Source of the DNA: Pseudomonadota bacterium
GTDB taxonomy: Bacteria; Pseudomonadota; Alphaproteobacteria; MPNO01; UBA830
Assembly (NCBI GenBank): GCA_036336685.1
Contig: JAYZFO010000008.1
Location: forward strand, 9,923-73,922
Length of the DNA stretch: 64,000 nucleotides
Direction: 5' to 3'
Shown: positions 37,036 to 45,880 of the stretch, one piece after another
How positions within the stretch are numbered: position 1 is the stretch's first letter
Layout of the letters: every line of letters starts with the position of its first letter
The notes under the pieces: model-generated
What the model was told of the DNA's origin: nothing
Database searches by the model: none
Seen by the model: the letters and a program-made list of their open reading frames with translations, nothing else
Position numbers and translations under genes: made by a program

Positions 37036-37857
37036 TCACCGGCAATACAACCCTAGAAATTTGCTGATACGTATCGCGACTTTTTCGGGGTCCTCAAGCT
37101 GGGGGAAATGACCCAAGCCCTTAATCATCTCAATTTCAGCAGTTGGAACCGCACATTTTATGCCGTCCAACTGACTGGGAAGACCGTAGGCGTCGTCAGA
37201 CCCCTGGATTGCGAGAAGTGGAACATTTATATCTTCTATTTCCTCGCTAATATCCCACGAGTCGTAAAGTGTTTTCTGCCATACTTCGCTCCAACGACGC
37301 AGGAGATGGGCGGCTCTATCACCATGAAACCGAGCCATCCAATCAGGGATAGTGCCTTCTTGATACATTTGATGATGGCGTAATACCTGTCCATACGTAA
37401 GTTCATCTCGACACACGTGAGCAGCAATTGTAACTATCGCGCGAACCCTTCCTTGGTACCTTGCCCCATGCAAAAGCGCTACTGTACCTCCATCAGAATG
37501 ACCAATTAAACAACAATCCTTGATCCCCGCCGCATCAAGAACATCTTCTAGAAAGTCTGCTGCTTCCCCCATAAAATCGTCAGGGAATTCTTCTTCGACA
37601 TCGGACCGTCCATAGCCAAGGCGATCAAATGTGAAAGCTGACAATCCCATTGTTCGGGAAATCTGTTGTGGAAATTTACGCATTGTACCGACACTTCCCA
37701 GCCCATCATGCAGAAACACGAGCGACGGTCCAGTGCGCTGCTTTTGATATTGCCAAATTCCGAAGATCGTGCGCCCACGAACTTCTAACCAACTGGCTCC
37801 TGGCGCATCGTCAGGTGGGTCACTGATACCAAAATTGGACGGTTTTCGACTAAGCAT
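37036..37857 (-). CDS. Alpha/beta-fold hydrolase (lactonase/esterase-like)
   Basis: It has LVFLHDGLGS, the nucleophile elbow GHSDGG and a C-terminal GLGHFPQLE (His). It is 273 aa and starts 45 bp downstream of the phaR stop on the same strand. Confidence 0.85.
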   Translation of the reverse strand: MLSRKPSNFGISDPPDDAPGASWLEVRGRTIFGIWQYQKQRTGPSLVFLHDGLGSVGTMRKFPQQISRTMGLSAFTFDRLGYGRSDVEEEFPDDFMGEAADFLEDVLDAAGIKDCCLIGHSDGGTVALLHGARYQGRVRAIVTIAAHVCRDELTYGQVLRHHQMYQEGTIPDWMARFHGDRAAHLLRRWSEVWQKTLYDSWDISEEIEDINVPLLAIQGSDDAYGLPSQLDGIKCAVPTAEIEMIKGLGHFPQLEDPEKVAIRISKFLGLYCR

Positions 37858-37902
37858 GATTTATCAAATTATTCTGTACGCAATTACTAACAGATCAGAC
37901 AG

Positions 37903-38511
37903 TTAACTATCCTTTTCAGAAGAAAGAGAATCAAGTTGTCGCTGCATTTCGGAGAGGTTTGCTTGAAGACCCGCTATGTCCCGGTCGGCTGCTGAATTGG
38001 CTGACTGCTCAGGGACTTCGGCTTCAGAAGGGCCGGAGTTGAACGGCGCAATAATGCTTATGGCTTTTTCAAAAACAGCCATATTTTTTTGGTCTACTCC
38101 TTCTGATGGTGTGAAAGGGGCCATGCTGCCAAACGTATTTTTTAAATATTTACGCATTTGTTCCTGATTACGGACGAATGCCTGCATTGTCATTTCCAAA
38201 TACTGCGGCACAAATCCTTGGAGGTTATCACCATAGAGGGCGATGAGTTGCCGCAAAAACGCTATAGGTAAAAGATTATTACCCTTTGCTTCTTGTTCAA
38301 CGATGATCTGAGTCAACACAGAACGCGTAATATCGACACCTGTCTTGGCATCCAGTACTATAAAGTCCGTGCCACCTTGAACCATCTCTGCCAAATCTTC
38401 GAGTTTAACGTAAGTGCTTTTGGCCGTGTTATACAGACGGCGGTTCGCATATTTTTTGATTGTCACAATATGGGGTGTATCGTTTTCTGGAAAATCACTA
38501 TCACCCTGCAT
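37903..38511 (-). CDS. phaR: Polyhydroxyalkanoate synthesis repressor PhaR
   Basis: It has IKKYANRRLYNTAKSTYVKLEDLAEMVQGGTDFIVLDAKTGVDITRSVLTQIIVEQE, the hallmark PhaR N-terminal domain. I prefer the ATG at 38511 over the TTG at 38526. Confidence 0.9.
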   Translation of the reverse strand: MQGDSDFPENDTPHIVTIKKYANRRLYNTAKSTYVKLEDLAEMVQGGTDFIVLDAKTGVDITRSVLTQIIVEQEAKGNNLLPIAFLRQLIALYGDNLQGFVPQYLEMTMQAFVRNQEQMRKYLKNTFGSMAPFTPSEGVDQKNMAVFEKAISIIAPFNSGPSEAEVPEQSANSAADRDIAGLQANLSEMQRQLDSLSSEKDS

Positions 38512-38563
38512 GTCGATACCTTTCAAAAATATGCACTCAACATTTTAGTCTTACATTTTTGTT

Positions 38564-38591
38564 GCACCGCATCAATCTTTTGATGCGGTGC
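38564..38591. promoter_or_regulatory. Perfect 11-bp inverted repeat upstream of phaR (candidate PhaR operator or 5'-UTR hairpin)
   Basis: GCACCGCATCA (38564-38574) and TGATGCGGTGC (38581-38591) are exact reverse complements with a 6-nt spacer. Each arm contains TGC-N3-GCA. The repeat lies about 40-55 nt upstream of the phaR start. No T-run follows it on either strand. Confidence 0.45.
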
Positions 38592-39108
38592 CAAATAATG
38601 TTGTCATTGAATCAAACGCGTGGTTGAGACCGGGTTCAAGTAGGCCTACTTCCCAACCCTGACGAAGTTATCCAGAATACAATGAATTGCGACGTTACCA
38701 AGTTACGCTGGTACTAAATATTTCAGAATTATCAAAAACATTACAAAACCATTTAGGGAATTATTCGGTAACGCCACGAGCACCGAGAGAACAAAACGGG
38801 ACCCGGGGTGGATAGGAAGCCCTCTGAATAGGATAGTCGCCCCCCTATGAAGCCATGTCCGAAAACAGGAAGTAACCGTCACATTTGTTTGGTCAAAAAA
38901 TTCTGAAAAGTCTGAGGAAACCAATTCAAAGAGCGTAACGACCTTCCATTTTTTCATTGGCGGACTTGCTGAACGAAAGGGTATCGCCGAATAAGAAAGT
39001 CTTTGGAAACTGTGGCTAATTGATTATCTAAGTTTTAGATTATATTTTCTATTGGGAATTTTAGAGAGAAGGACCATTCCGCCTAAGAAATTAGTCAGAG
39101 AACACCTT

Positions 39109-39123
39109 TTGTGCAATGCACAA
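39109..39123. promoter_or_regulatory. Palindrome TTGTGCA-A-TGCACAA upstream of phaA (candidate PhaR operator)
   Basis: It has 7-bp perfect arms around a single central base and contains TGC-N3-GCA. It lies 100 nt upstream of the phaA ATG. Confidence 0.4.
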
Positions 39124-39222
39124 GGTAGCAGCTTAAATAACTGTTATCACTAGTGCTTTGTTTTTCCGCAAGACCTTGTGAATCCGAAAAATTAAAAACA
39201 TTAGATATATGAAGGAGTGCCC

Positions 39223-40398
39223 ATGACAAATGTTGTAATAGCCAGTGCCGCGAGAACCCCGGTTGGATCTTTCAACGGAGCACTGAGTTCTCTCACGGCA
39301 TCTGACCTAGGCAAAGCTGCCATTAAAGGAGCGTTGGAACGCGCAGGTGTAGCGCCGAACGAAGTTTCAGAGGTGATCATGGGTCAGATATTAACCGCAG
39401 CTCAAGGTCAAAACCCTGCAAGACAAGCGTCAATTAGCGCGGGATTACCAGTCGAAGTGCCGGCATATGGAGTTAATCAACTCTGTGGCTCGGGCCTAAA
39501 ATCCGTTGCTATGGGATTACAGGCAATTCAAAACGGGGACTCGGAGATTGTCGTTGCAGGAGGTCAAGAGTCTATGAGTGCAGCACCGCATGCAGCCAAC
39601 CTACGAAACGGTACAAAGATGGGAAATACAGAATTTATTGACACGATGATAAAAGACGGGCTGTGGGATGCGTTCAACGGTTATCACATGGGAAATACCG
39701 CTGAAAACGTCGCAGAAAAATGGCAGATAACACGAGACCAGCAGGACGAATTCGCTGTGAAGTCACAGCAGAAAGCCGAGAAAGCACAAAAATCTGGAAA
39801 GTTCGAAGACGAAATCGTACCCGTAACATTCGAAACCCGGAAAGGCAACGTCACCGTGGCCGAAGATGAATATCCAAAGCACGGCACAACGATCGATAAT
39901 TTAACCAAACTCCGGCCGGCCTTCGAAAAGAACGGCACTGTAACCGCGGGCAATGCGTCAGGCATAAATGATGGCGCCGCGGCCCTTGTTCTTATGTCAG
40001 AGGAGGAAGCAAACAAGCGCGATATCAAGCCACTGGCCCGCATTGTTTCATGGGCGCAAGTAGGCGTAGATCCAGCAATTATGGGTTCGGGGCCAATCCC
40101 CGCCAGCCGATCTGCGTTGAAGAAGGCAGGTTGGTCACCCGACGACTTAGACCTCGTTGAAGCTAATGAGGCGTTCGCCGCTCAAGCGTGTGCGGTAAAC
40201 AAGGATATCGGGTGGAAAACGGATAAAGTGAACGTAAACGGTGGTGCAATAGCAATTGGGCACCCGATTGGTGCCTCCGGAGCTAGGATCCTTACGACTT
40301 TGCTATACGAAATGCAGAAACAGGACGCGAAAAAGGGCCTTGCTACAATGTGCATCGGAGGCGGCATGGGCATAGCTATGTGCGTCGAACGCGATTAA
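39223..40398 (+). CDS. phaA: Acetyl-CoA acetyltransferase (beta-ketothiolase)
   Basis: It has the motifs [26 protein letters not shown] (active Cys), [15 protein letters not shown] and the C-terminal CIGGGMG. The ATG at 39223 has a GAAGGAG RBS. Confidence 0.92.
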   Translation: MTNVVIASAARTPVGSFNGALSSLTASDLGKAAIKGALERAGVAPNEVSEVIMGQILTAAQGQNPARQASISAGLPVEVPAYGVNQLCGSGLKSVAMGLQAIQNGDSEIVVAGGQESMSAAPHAANLRNGTKMGNTEFIDTMIKDGLWDAFNGYHMGNTAENVAEKWQITRDQQDEFAVKSQQKAEKAQKSGKFEDEIVPVTFETRKGNVTVAEDEYPKHGTTIDNLTKLRPAFEKNGTVTAGNASGINDGAAALVLMSEEEANKRDIKPLARIVSWAQVGVDPAIMGSGPIPASRSALKKAGWSPDDLDLVEANEAFAAQACAVNKDIGWKTDKVNVNGGAIAIGHPIGASGARILTTLLYEMQKQDAKKGLATMCIGGGMGIAMCVERD

Positions 40399-40403
40399 AG
40401 TCG

Positions 40404-40422
40404 GAAACTTTGTAAGTTTTTT
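40404..40422 (+). terminator. Weak AT-rich hairpin plus T-run after phaA
   Basis: AAACTT-TGT-AAGTTT forms a 6-bp stem followed by TTTT, 6 nt after the phaA stop. The stem is low in GC. Confidence 0.25.
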
Positions 40423-40742
40423 AAATAGATCACACAGACCTATAGACTAAACAACATGGGCACACAGAAAACCCAACGGTGAAAAGACGATTTGAAGAGC
40501 ATTAGTGGGACGGATAGATAGAAGGCAAAAGATAGGGCGTGGCGTTTTGTTTGTCATCGCAAACGAAGAAGATTTGCTCGCGAGCTCAAGAGGTTTTAGT
40601 GAGTGTATTAAACAATTAACCGGAACTGCCCTGCCCAAACGTATAAATTCTGAAAGATTTGGTTAAGCTAAATAGACGTCCATAGACACATTTACGGGCC
40701 ATCAAATTGTTTTCCAGTCCTCAATTATAACCAGTTAATCGG

Positions 40743-41345
40743 TCAAGAATTAGTAAGAACGGTTTCTCGCATCGAAGGGCGGCTAGAAAACTCATCGAAC
40801 CAATCAGCGAGATTGGCATTTTCATTTCGCCAATCTTCGGTATATATTTGTTCCGCAAAAGCCACTGCAACCGCGACGGCGATAGTGCCTACGTTTATCT
40901 GATCCGAAAATAATAATAGCTCCTCGTTTAGAGCACCGATGCCCCTTAGGACAGTTCCCTTGTGATGAGCCAGCACACCACGAGATTGGCGTTCAGGTTT
41001 CTTTAGGGTTTCCAAGTAATATATGACCATGCTGGACATCATCCCATCAGCCAACGCCTGACGGGTTAGTGTCGTCCATCGTGAACTTCCTGACTTGGGT
41101 AACATCTGGGGACCATCACACACGACATCAAGGTATTCCATTATCACAGGTGAGTCGTATATCGCTCGACCATCCTCTAGAATTAAACAAGGTATCTGCC
41201 CAAGAGGGTTTGGCGAAGCCTCGCGATCCTCTCGACTAAAGGGATCGGACCGTTGTTTTTCAAAAAGGCTCTCTATCCCTTTCTCTTTAATCATAACCCA
41301 CACTTTTCGAACAAATGGAGAAGTGGATGACCATAAAAGTTTCAT
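40743..41345 (-). CDS. Glutathione S-transferase
   Basis: It has a thioredoxin-like N-domain (MKLLWSSTSPFVRKVWV, the cis-Pro region IPCLILEDG, SPVIMEYL) and is 200 aa. Confidence 0.85.
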   Translation of the reverse strand: MKLLWSSTSPFVRKVWVMIKEKGIESLFEKQRSDPFSREDREASPNPLGQIPCLILEDGRAIYDSPVIMEYLDVVCDGPQMLPKSGSSRWTTLTRQALADGMMSSMVIYYLETLKKPERQSRGVLAHHKGTVLRGIGALNEELLLFSDQINVGTIAVAVAVAFAEQIYTEDWRNENANLADWFDEFSSRPSMRETVLTNS

Positions 41346-41354
41346 AGGCTTGGC

Positions 41355-42125
41355 CTAAAAATTATCCTTTCTGGAACGGACTTCCGCGAAGACGTCGACA
41401 GGCGAACTACTCTCCATCCCTAATACAGCGGCGAATTCTGGTTGATCAGCGCGCAGAAAGGGATTGGTCTTGCGCTCGAGACCCATTAGTGACGGTACTG
41501 TTGAAACCCCAGCATTTCTGCGGCTCTCAATTTGCCGCGCATAAGCTTGAAGATCCGTGTTATCGGGGTCCACATGCAGGGCAAATTTAGCATTAGCCAT
41601 AGTATATTCATGGGCACAGTAAACCCATGTTTCATCCGGCACCTCTTTGAATTTGGAAATTGAATGGTACATTTGCTCAAAGGTCCCTTCAAACACTCTG
41701 CCGCACCCTAGCGCGAACAAAGTGTCGCCACAGAACAACGCACTACTGTCTGAAAACCAATACGCGATGTGGCCGGCTGTGTGACCCGGAACATCCCAGA
41801 CCTTAGCCGAAGCTTCAAAGAGTGTGTATGTATCGCCATCTGCGACCTCAACATCAATCATTGGAATTCGATCACGGTCGGCTTTTGGGCCAACAACCGT
41901 GCACCCCGTCGCAGCTTTAATTTCTGGAACGCCACCAACGTGATCATCATGATGATGTGTTGCCAATACGTGGGTTAAGCTCCATCCAAACATTTCCAAG
42001 GTATCAAGCACTGGCGTTGCGTCCGAAGGATCCACTACAGCAGCATTTCCGGACGAGCTTTCGCGTAAAAGATAAACGTAGTTATCTGACCGCGTAGGAA
42101 TTTGATGTATTTCAAGTTTAGACAT
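41355..42125 (-). CDS. gloB: Hydroxyacylglutathione hydrolase (glyoxalase II)
   Basis: It has DNYVYLL, the THHHDDHVGG metal motif, PGHTAGHI, and CAHEYT...NPFLR. It is 256 aa. Confidence 0.9.
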   Translation of the reverse strand: MSKLEIHQIPTRSDNYVYLLRESSSGNAAVVDPSDATPVLDTLEMFGWSLTHVLATHHHDDHVGGVPEIKAATGCTVVGPKADRDRIPMIDVEVADGDTYTLFEASAKVWDVPGHTAGHIAYWFSDSSALFCGDTLFALGCGRVFEGTFEQMYHSISKFKEVPDETWVYCAHEYTMANAKFALHVDPDNTDLQAYARQIESRRNAGVSTVPSLMGLERKTNPFLRADQPEFAAVLGMESSSPVDVFAEVRSRKDNF

Positions 42126-42246
42126 TCTTGGTCACCTTCCAACAGATAGCTTTTCCTGTGAGCAAAAACTATCAAAAGCACAGAAGACCGCCAAGCGTCA
42201 TGCTGGATTTTCTTTCTCTTCCTGCTATTGAAGCCCATAATAGGGC

Positions 42247-43005
42247 ATGTACAACGACGTTATCGACTTACGTAAGTTTTATGACACCCCGATGGGTCAC
42301 GCCGCTCAGCGAATAACCCGCGGGCATATTCGTAATATCTGGCCAAATGCGAAGGGTTTGTCCCTCGCGGGAATAGGATACACTACCCCCTACTTGCGGC
42401 CTTTTCTTGGTGAAGCTGAAAGAGTTTTTGCTTTGATGCCGGCGCAGCAAGGCGTTATTCGTTGGCCTCCAGACAACCACCAAAAAATTCAGAACGTCGT
42501 TTCCCTCGTACTTGAAGCCAGTCTACCTTTACCAGACTTGTCTATCGACCGGATTATGCTGGTGCATTCTTTGGAATGCTCTGAACAATCACACAAATTG
42601 TTACGCGAGGTATGGAGAGTGCTGACTGAAGACGGAAGACTTCTAATTATTGTTCCCAACCGACGTGGAATATGGGCGCGCATTGATCATACACCCTTTG
42701 GGCACGGGCGACCGTATACCGTGGGCCAAGTATCAAGGTTATTACGAGATACTATGTTTCAACCGGGGGTGTCCCTTGCTGGTCTTTTTGTTCCGCCAAC
42801 CCGTTCGAGAGTAGTATTAGCCTCTGCGCGAGCGATCGAAAAAATTGGTGGTCAATGGTTTAAAACAGTAGGGGGGCTTCTTTTTATTGAGGCCCAAAAA
42901 GAAATTTATGCAGGAGCCTCCCCCCCAGCGGCAACTGTTAGACAAAAACCATACGTACACCTCGCCGATGGGACTAAAAGATTAGCCGTAACGATCAAAC
43001 CCTAA
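42247..43005 (+). CDS. Class I SAM-dependent methyltransferase (type 11-like)
   Basis: It is 252 aa with a LSIDRIMLVHSLE...LLREVWRVLTEDGRLLIIVPN motif. It is divergent from gloB. Confidence 0.7.
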   Translation: MYNDVIDLRKFYDTPMGHAAQRITRGHIRNIWPNAKGLSLAGIGYTTPYLRPFLGEAERVFALMPAQQGVIRWPPDNHQKIQNVVSLVLEASLPLPDLSIDRIMLVHSLECSEQSHKLLREVWRVLTEDGRLLIIVPNRRGIWARIDHTPFGHGRPYTVGQVSRLLRDTMFQPGVSLAGLFVPPTRSRVVLASARAIEKIGGQWFKTVGGLLFIEAQKEIYAGASPPAATVRQKPYVHLADGTKRLAVTIKP

Positions 43006-43652
43006 TTACGGGTAAGCAGAAAAATAGCTTCTTCGCCAAATACATTGGCAATTACCCCTGTAGATTTCAACTCCCGAATGGAACCAGAACGGGACAAAGA
43101 AAGGGCTCTTTGCACCCTTAGCCCAAGCTGATCACACATCGTTGCAAAATCTCGGATCGTACACACTCGAATATTTGAGGTGTCATACCATGAGTGACCA
43201 TCGTCTCCGACAACAGGCATACGTCCAGTCAGGAGTGTTTTAAGTCGAAGCCGCCAATGTCCAAAATTTTCGAAAGAAACTACAGCGTGACGGCCAATTC
43301 GGACTAGGCTTTTAACCACTTCAAGTGGATTTTTTGTTGCTTGAATAGTACGCGTTAAAACTACGTAATCGAAAGCGTCTTGCGGATAGTGTTCTAAGTC
43401 TGTATCCGCATCACCCTGTATGACTGAAAGCCCATTAGCAACGCAGGCATTGACGCCAGACTGACTTAACTCGATCCCACGCCCGTCAACACCTTTATTG
43501 CGTCCAAGATAATCCAAGAGCGCACCATTGCCACACCCTATGTCAAGCACGCGACTCCCTGCGACAACCATGTTTGAAATTATCTGTAGATCCGGCCGCT
43601 TTAACACATCGGTAGGAATAATGTTTTTATCCCTTTCCAATTTGACACTCAT
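43002..43652 (-). CDS. metW: Methionine biosynthesis protein MetW
   Basis: It has the SAM motif RVLDIGCGNGALL and a C-terminal region typical of MetW. It lies immediately downstream of metX with a 1-nt gap. Confidence 0.9.
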   Translation of the reverse strand: MSVKLERDKNIIPTDVLKRPDLQIISNMVVAGSRVLDIGCGNGALLDYLGRNKGVDGRGIELSQSGVNACVANGLSVIQGDADTDLEHYPQDAFDYVVLTRTIQATKNPLEVVKSLVRIGRHAVVSFENFGHWRLRLKTLLTGRMPVVGDDGHSWYDTSNIRVCTIRDFATMCDQLGLRVQRALSLSRSGSIRELKSTGVIANVFGEEAIFLLTRN

Positions 43653-43653
43653 T

Positions 43654-44826
43654 TTAAATTAAACCACGGTGCTCAGCTACCCCATCTAAAAAACCCGAAA
43701 CGGTACGTTCAAATTCCGGTTCGTCCAGTAGAAATGCATCGTGCCCTTTATCAGTATTAATTTCTACAAAGCTAACGTTTGCAGTTACAGCATTCAACGC
43801 GCGAACAATATTTCGGCTCTCTTCTGTTGGAAACAACCAGTCGCTTGTAAAAGAAATTAAACAAAATCGTACCGGCGTACCTTCAAAGGCATTGGCCAAT
43901 ATCCCATCATACTCTGCAGCAATATCGAAATAATCCAGTGCTCGGGTGATATAAAGATAAGAATTCGCGTCAAACCTCTCGACGAAAGTACTTCCTTGGT
44001 GCCTTAGATAACTCTGAACTTGAAATATGTCATCGGAGCCAACGCGCACTGCATCGCCCGCCTGAAGGCGACGGCCAAATTTTCGGTGCAGCGCTGTTTC
44101 CGACATATAGGTAATATGCGCGGCCATCCGGGCCACAGATAATCCACCCTTTGGCTTGGTGTTTTTCTGAATATAATTGCCGTCATGCCATTCAGGGTCA
44201 GCCACGATCGCCTGCCGACCAACTTCGTGGAATGCAATATTTTGCGCAGAATGTCGAGCGGCGCCGGCAATTGGGATAGCGGAGAAAACCCGATTAGGAA
44301 ATTTTGTAGCCCATTCCAAGACCTGCATTGCGCCCATCGATCCGCCGATCACGCAAAATAAGTTTTCTATTCCTAAGCTATCCAGGAGCAAGGCCTGCGC
44401 TCGAACCATATCGCCAATCGTGATAGCCGGGAAATTTAGACCCCAGGGTTCGTTTTGAACTGGATCTACGTCTCGTGGGCCAGACGAACCCATGCACCCA
44501 CCGAGTACGTTTACACAAATAATAAAATAACGATCTGTATCAAGCGGTTTACCGCGACCAACCATCTGCTGCCACCAACCAGGTTTACCGGTAATTGGGT
44601 GTGTCTCGGACACATATTGATCACCGGTCAACGCATGACAAACGAGCACAACGTTTGACTTAAGTTTGTTTAATTTTCCATACGTCGTGTAAGCAGCGGT
44701 AAACGGACCAATACTCTCCCCGGAATCAAGCTTCATAGGCATTTCACGAGCTAATTCCACTTGAAATCCCGGAAATCCTTCAGTGCCCAACCCTGTAGGG
44801 TTGCTAGTACCCTGGTTTGCAGTCAT
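43654..44826 (-). CDS. metX: Homoserine O-acetyltransferase
   Basis: It is an alpha/beta hydrolase with the motifs CHALTGD, the nucleophile [17 protein letters not shown] and KGHDAFL. Confidence 0.92.
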   Translation of the reverse strand: MTANQGTSNPTGLGTEGFPGFQVELAREMPMKLDSGESIGPFTAAYTTYGKLNKLKSNVVLVCHALTGDQYVSETHPITGKPGWWQQMVGRGKPLDTDRYFIICVNVLGGCMGSSGPRDVDPVQNEPWGLNFPAITIGDMVRAQALLLDSLGIENLFCVIGGSMGAMQVLEWATKFPNRVFSAIPIAGAARHSAQNIAFHEVGRQAIVADPEWHDGNYIQKNTKPKGGLSVARMAAHITYMSETALHRKFGRRLQAGDAVRVGSDDIFQVQSYLRHQGSTFVERFDANSYLYITRALDYFDIAAEYDGILANAFEGTPVRFCLISFTSDWLFPTEESRNIVRALNAVTANVSFVEINTDKGHDAFLLDEPEFERTVSGFLDGVAEHRGLI

Positions 44827-44862
44827 GCCTTAATTCTTGCTACGGGAAACAAAACGGGAGAA

Positions 44863-44891
44863 TAGCTAGGGTCGCCCTGCCGCTATGTCAA
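44863..44891 (-). promoter_or_regulatory. Candidate sigma-70-type promoter for metXW
   Basis: On the minus strand, TTGACA (44891-44886) is followed by a 17-nt spacer and TAGCTA (44868-44863). This lies about 37-65 nt upstream of the metX ATG. The -10 element is imperfect. Confidence 0.25.
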
Positions 44892-45010
44892 TGTTTTCTT
44901 TTGCATTTACGCTTCTTGCCTACTAAATATTGGCGCCTTTAGGATGAAACATCCATAGAAATTTTTGCTATGGACTAAATTGTCCAAATTTTTATCCATT
45001 TGGCGGACAA

Positions 45011-45880
45011 ATGTCTGTAAAAAATAGAACTCTTGCTAGTTTGCGAGAAGAAATTAACCGGATTGATGACGCGGTGCAGGACTTGTTAATAGAACGCGCC
45101 GCAATTGCCGAGAACGTGAGGGTTAGCAAAAGCGGAGCAGCGGTTTGGCGACCTGCCCGCGAAGCACAAATTCTCCGTCGCCTGGTCATGCGCCATCGTG
45201 GCTCCTTTCCCCGTGTTACAATCGTCCAAATTTGGAGAGAAATAATATCTTCGATGGTACGATTGCAGGGAGAATTTTCCGTTGCAATACATAATCCAGA
45301 AAATAATCAATCTTGTCGCGAAGTGGCACGAGACCACTTTGGTCGGGATACTCCAATGGCATTATACACTTCGGCCCGAGCTGTAATAACAGCCGTTCAA
45401 GACGGGTCGGCAACAGTCGGTGTTCTTCCTATCCCCGAGGATAGCGAAGAGACGCCTTGGTGGCCAATTTTGACGGGAATGGCGGGCGGGCCTGCTGCAA
45501 TATGTGCAAGGCTTCCCTTCGGCGCCTCTGTGTCAGGAAGCGGAGAAGAAGCACTCTGCGTTTCTACAACACCGCCGGAAGAAAGTGGCATAGACGTAAG
45601 TTTGTACACATTCAGAACCAGCGCTAATCATAGCCGCGCGAAACTTAGCGAAGAAATAGCTGCTGCGGGCATAAAACCCCTGCGACTGCTAGGTAGTTCT
45701 ATACCATCGACCGAGTCTTCTTTGTTTTTTGCAGAATTAGAGGGATTTACGAGGCCAGACGATCCCAGAATAGCCCGCCTTCTAGATCCCGTAGTGGCCG
45801 CCGCGGAGGATGCTGTTTTTCTCGGAGCATACGCGAGCCCATTTAAGACAACAGCGCTTAAAGACGCGAGTAGCAAATAA
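45011..45880 (+). CDS. Chorismate mutase (AroQ type) fused to a shortened prephenate-dehydratase/ACT-like region
   Basis: The N-terminal LASLREEINRIDDAVQDLLIERAAIAENV is a CM type 2 helix. The following roughly 200 aa has PDT-like (ATVGVLPIPEDSE) and ACT-like (SLFFAELEGFTRPDDPRIARLL) segments but is shorter than a full PDT+ACT. Confidence 0.72.
   Translation: MSVKNRTLASLREEINRIDDAVQDLLIERAAIAENVRVSKSGAAVWRPAREAQILRRLVMRHRGSFPRVTIVQIWREIISSMVRLQGEFSVAIHNPENNQSCREVARDHFGRDTPMALYTSARAVITAVQDGSATVGVLPIPEDSEETPWWPILTGMAGGPAAICARLPFGASVSGSGEEALCVSTTPPEESGIDVSLYTFRTSANHSRAKLSEEIAAAGIKPLRLLGSSIPSTESSLFFAELEGFTRPDDPRIARLLDPVVAAAEDAVFLGAYASPFKTTALKDASSK

Noticed and set aside
37036-37857. The alpha/beta hydrolase directly downstream of phaR, considered as an intracellular PHA depolymerase (PhaZ).
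   Set aside because: At 273 aa with a GHSDGG elbow it looks like the small BioH/enol-lactonase type. It does not resemble the larger PhaZ families I know. The call is left generic and remains testable.
38703-38957. An 84-aa ORF in the phaR-phaA spacer. I considered it as a possible phasin or small regulator.
   Set aside because: It has no RBS and no amphipathic phasin-like pattern, and the sequence is odd and low in information. I treat the region as non-coding or decayed, and it is flagged as such in the findings.
40447-40638. A 63-aa minus-strand ORF in the spacer after phaA.
   Set aside because: It has no RBS and no motif, and it has an alternative start. It is isolated in a region of low coding potential.
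44827-45010. A possible SAM-II/SAM-V-type riboswitch in the metX leader, expected because alphaproteobacterial metX/metA genes often have one.
   Set aside because: I could not find the GCUU...AAAGCU pseudoknot core. A plausible TTGACA-N17-TAGCTA promoter leaves only about a 35-nt leader. The two small hairpins further upstream (CCATAG...CTATGG, GGATG...CATCC) lie upstream of that promoter. A covariance-model scan (Rfam RF00521/RF01826) would settle it.
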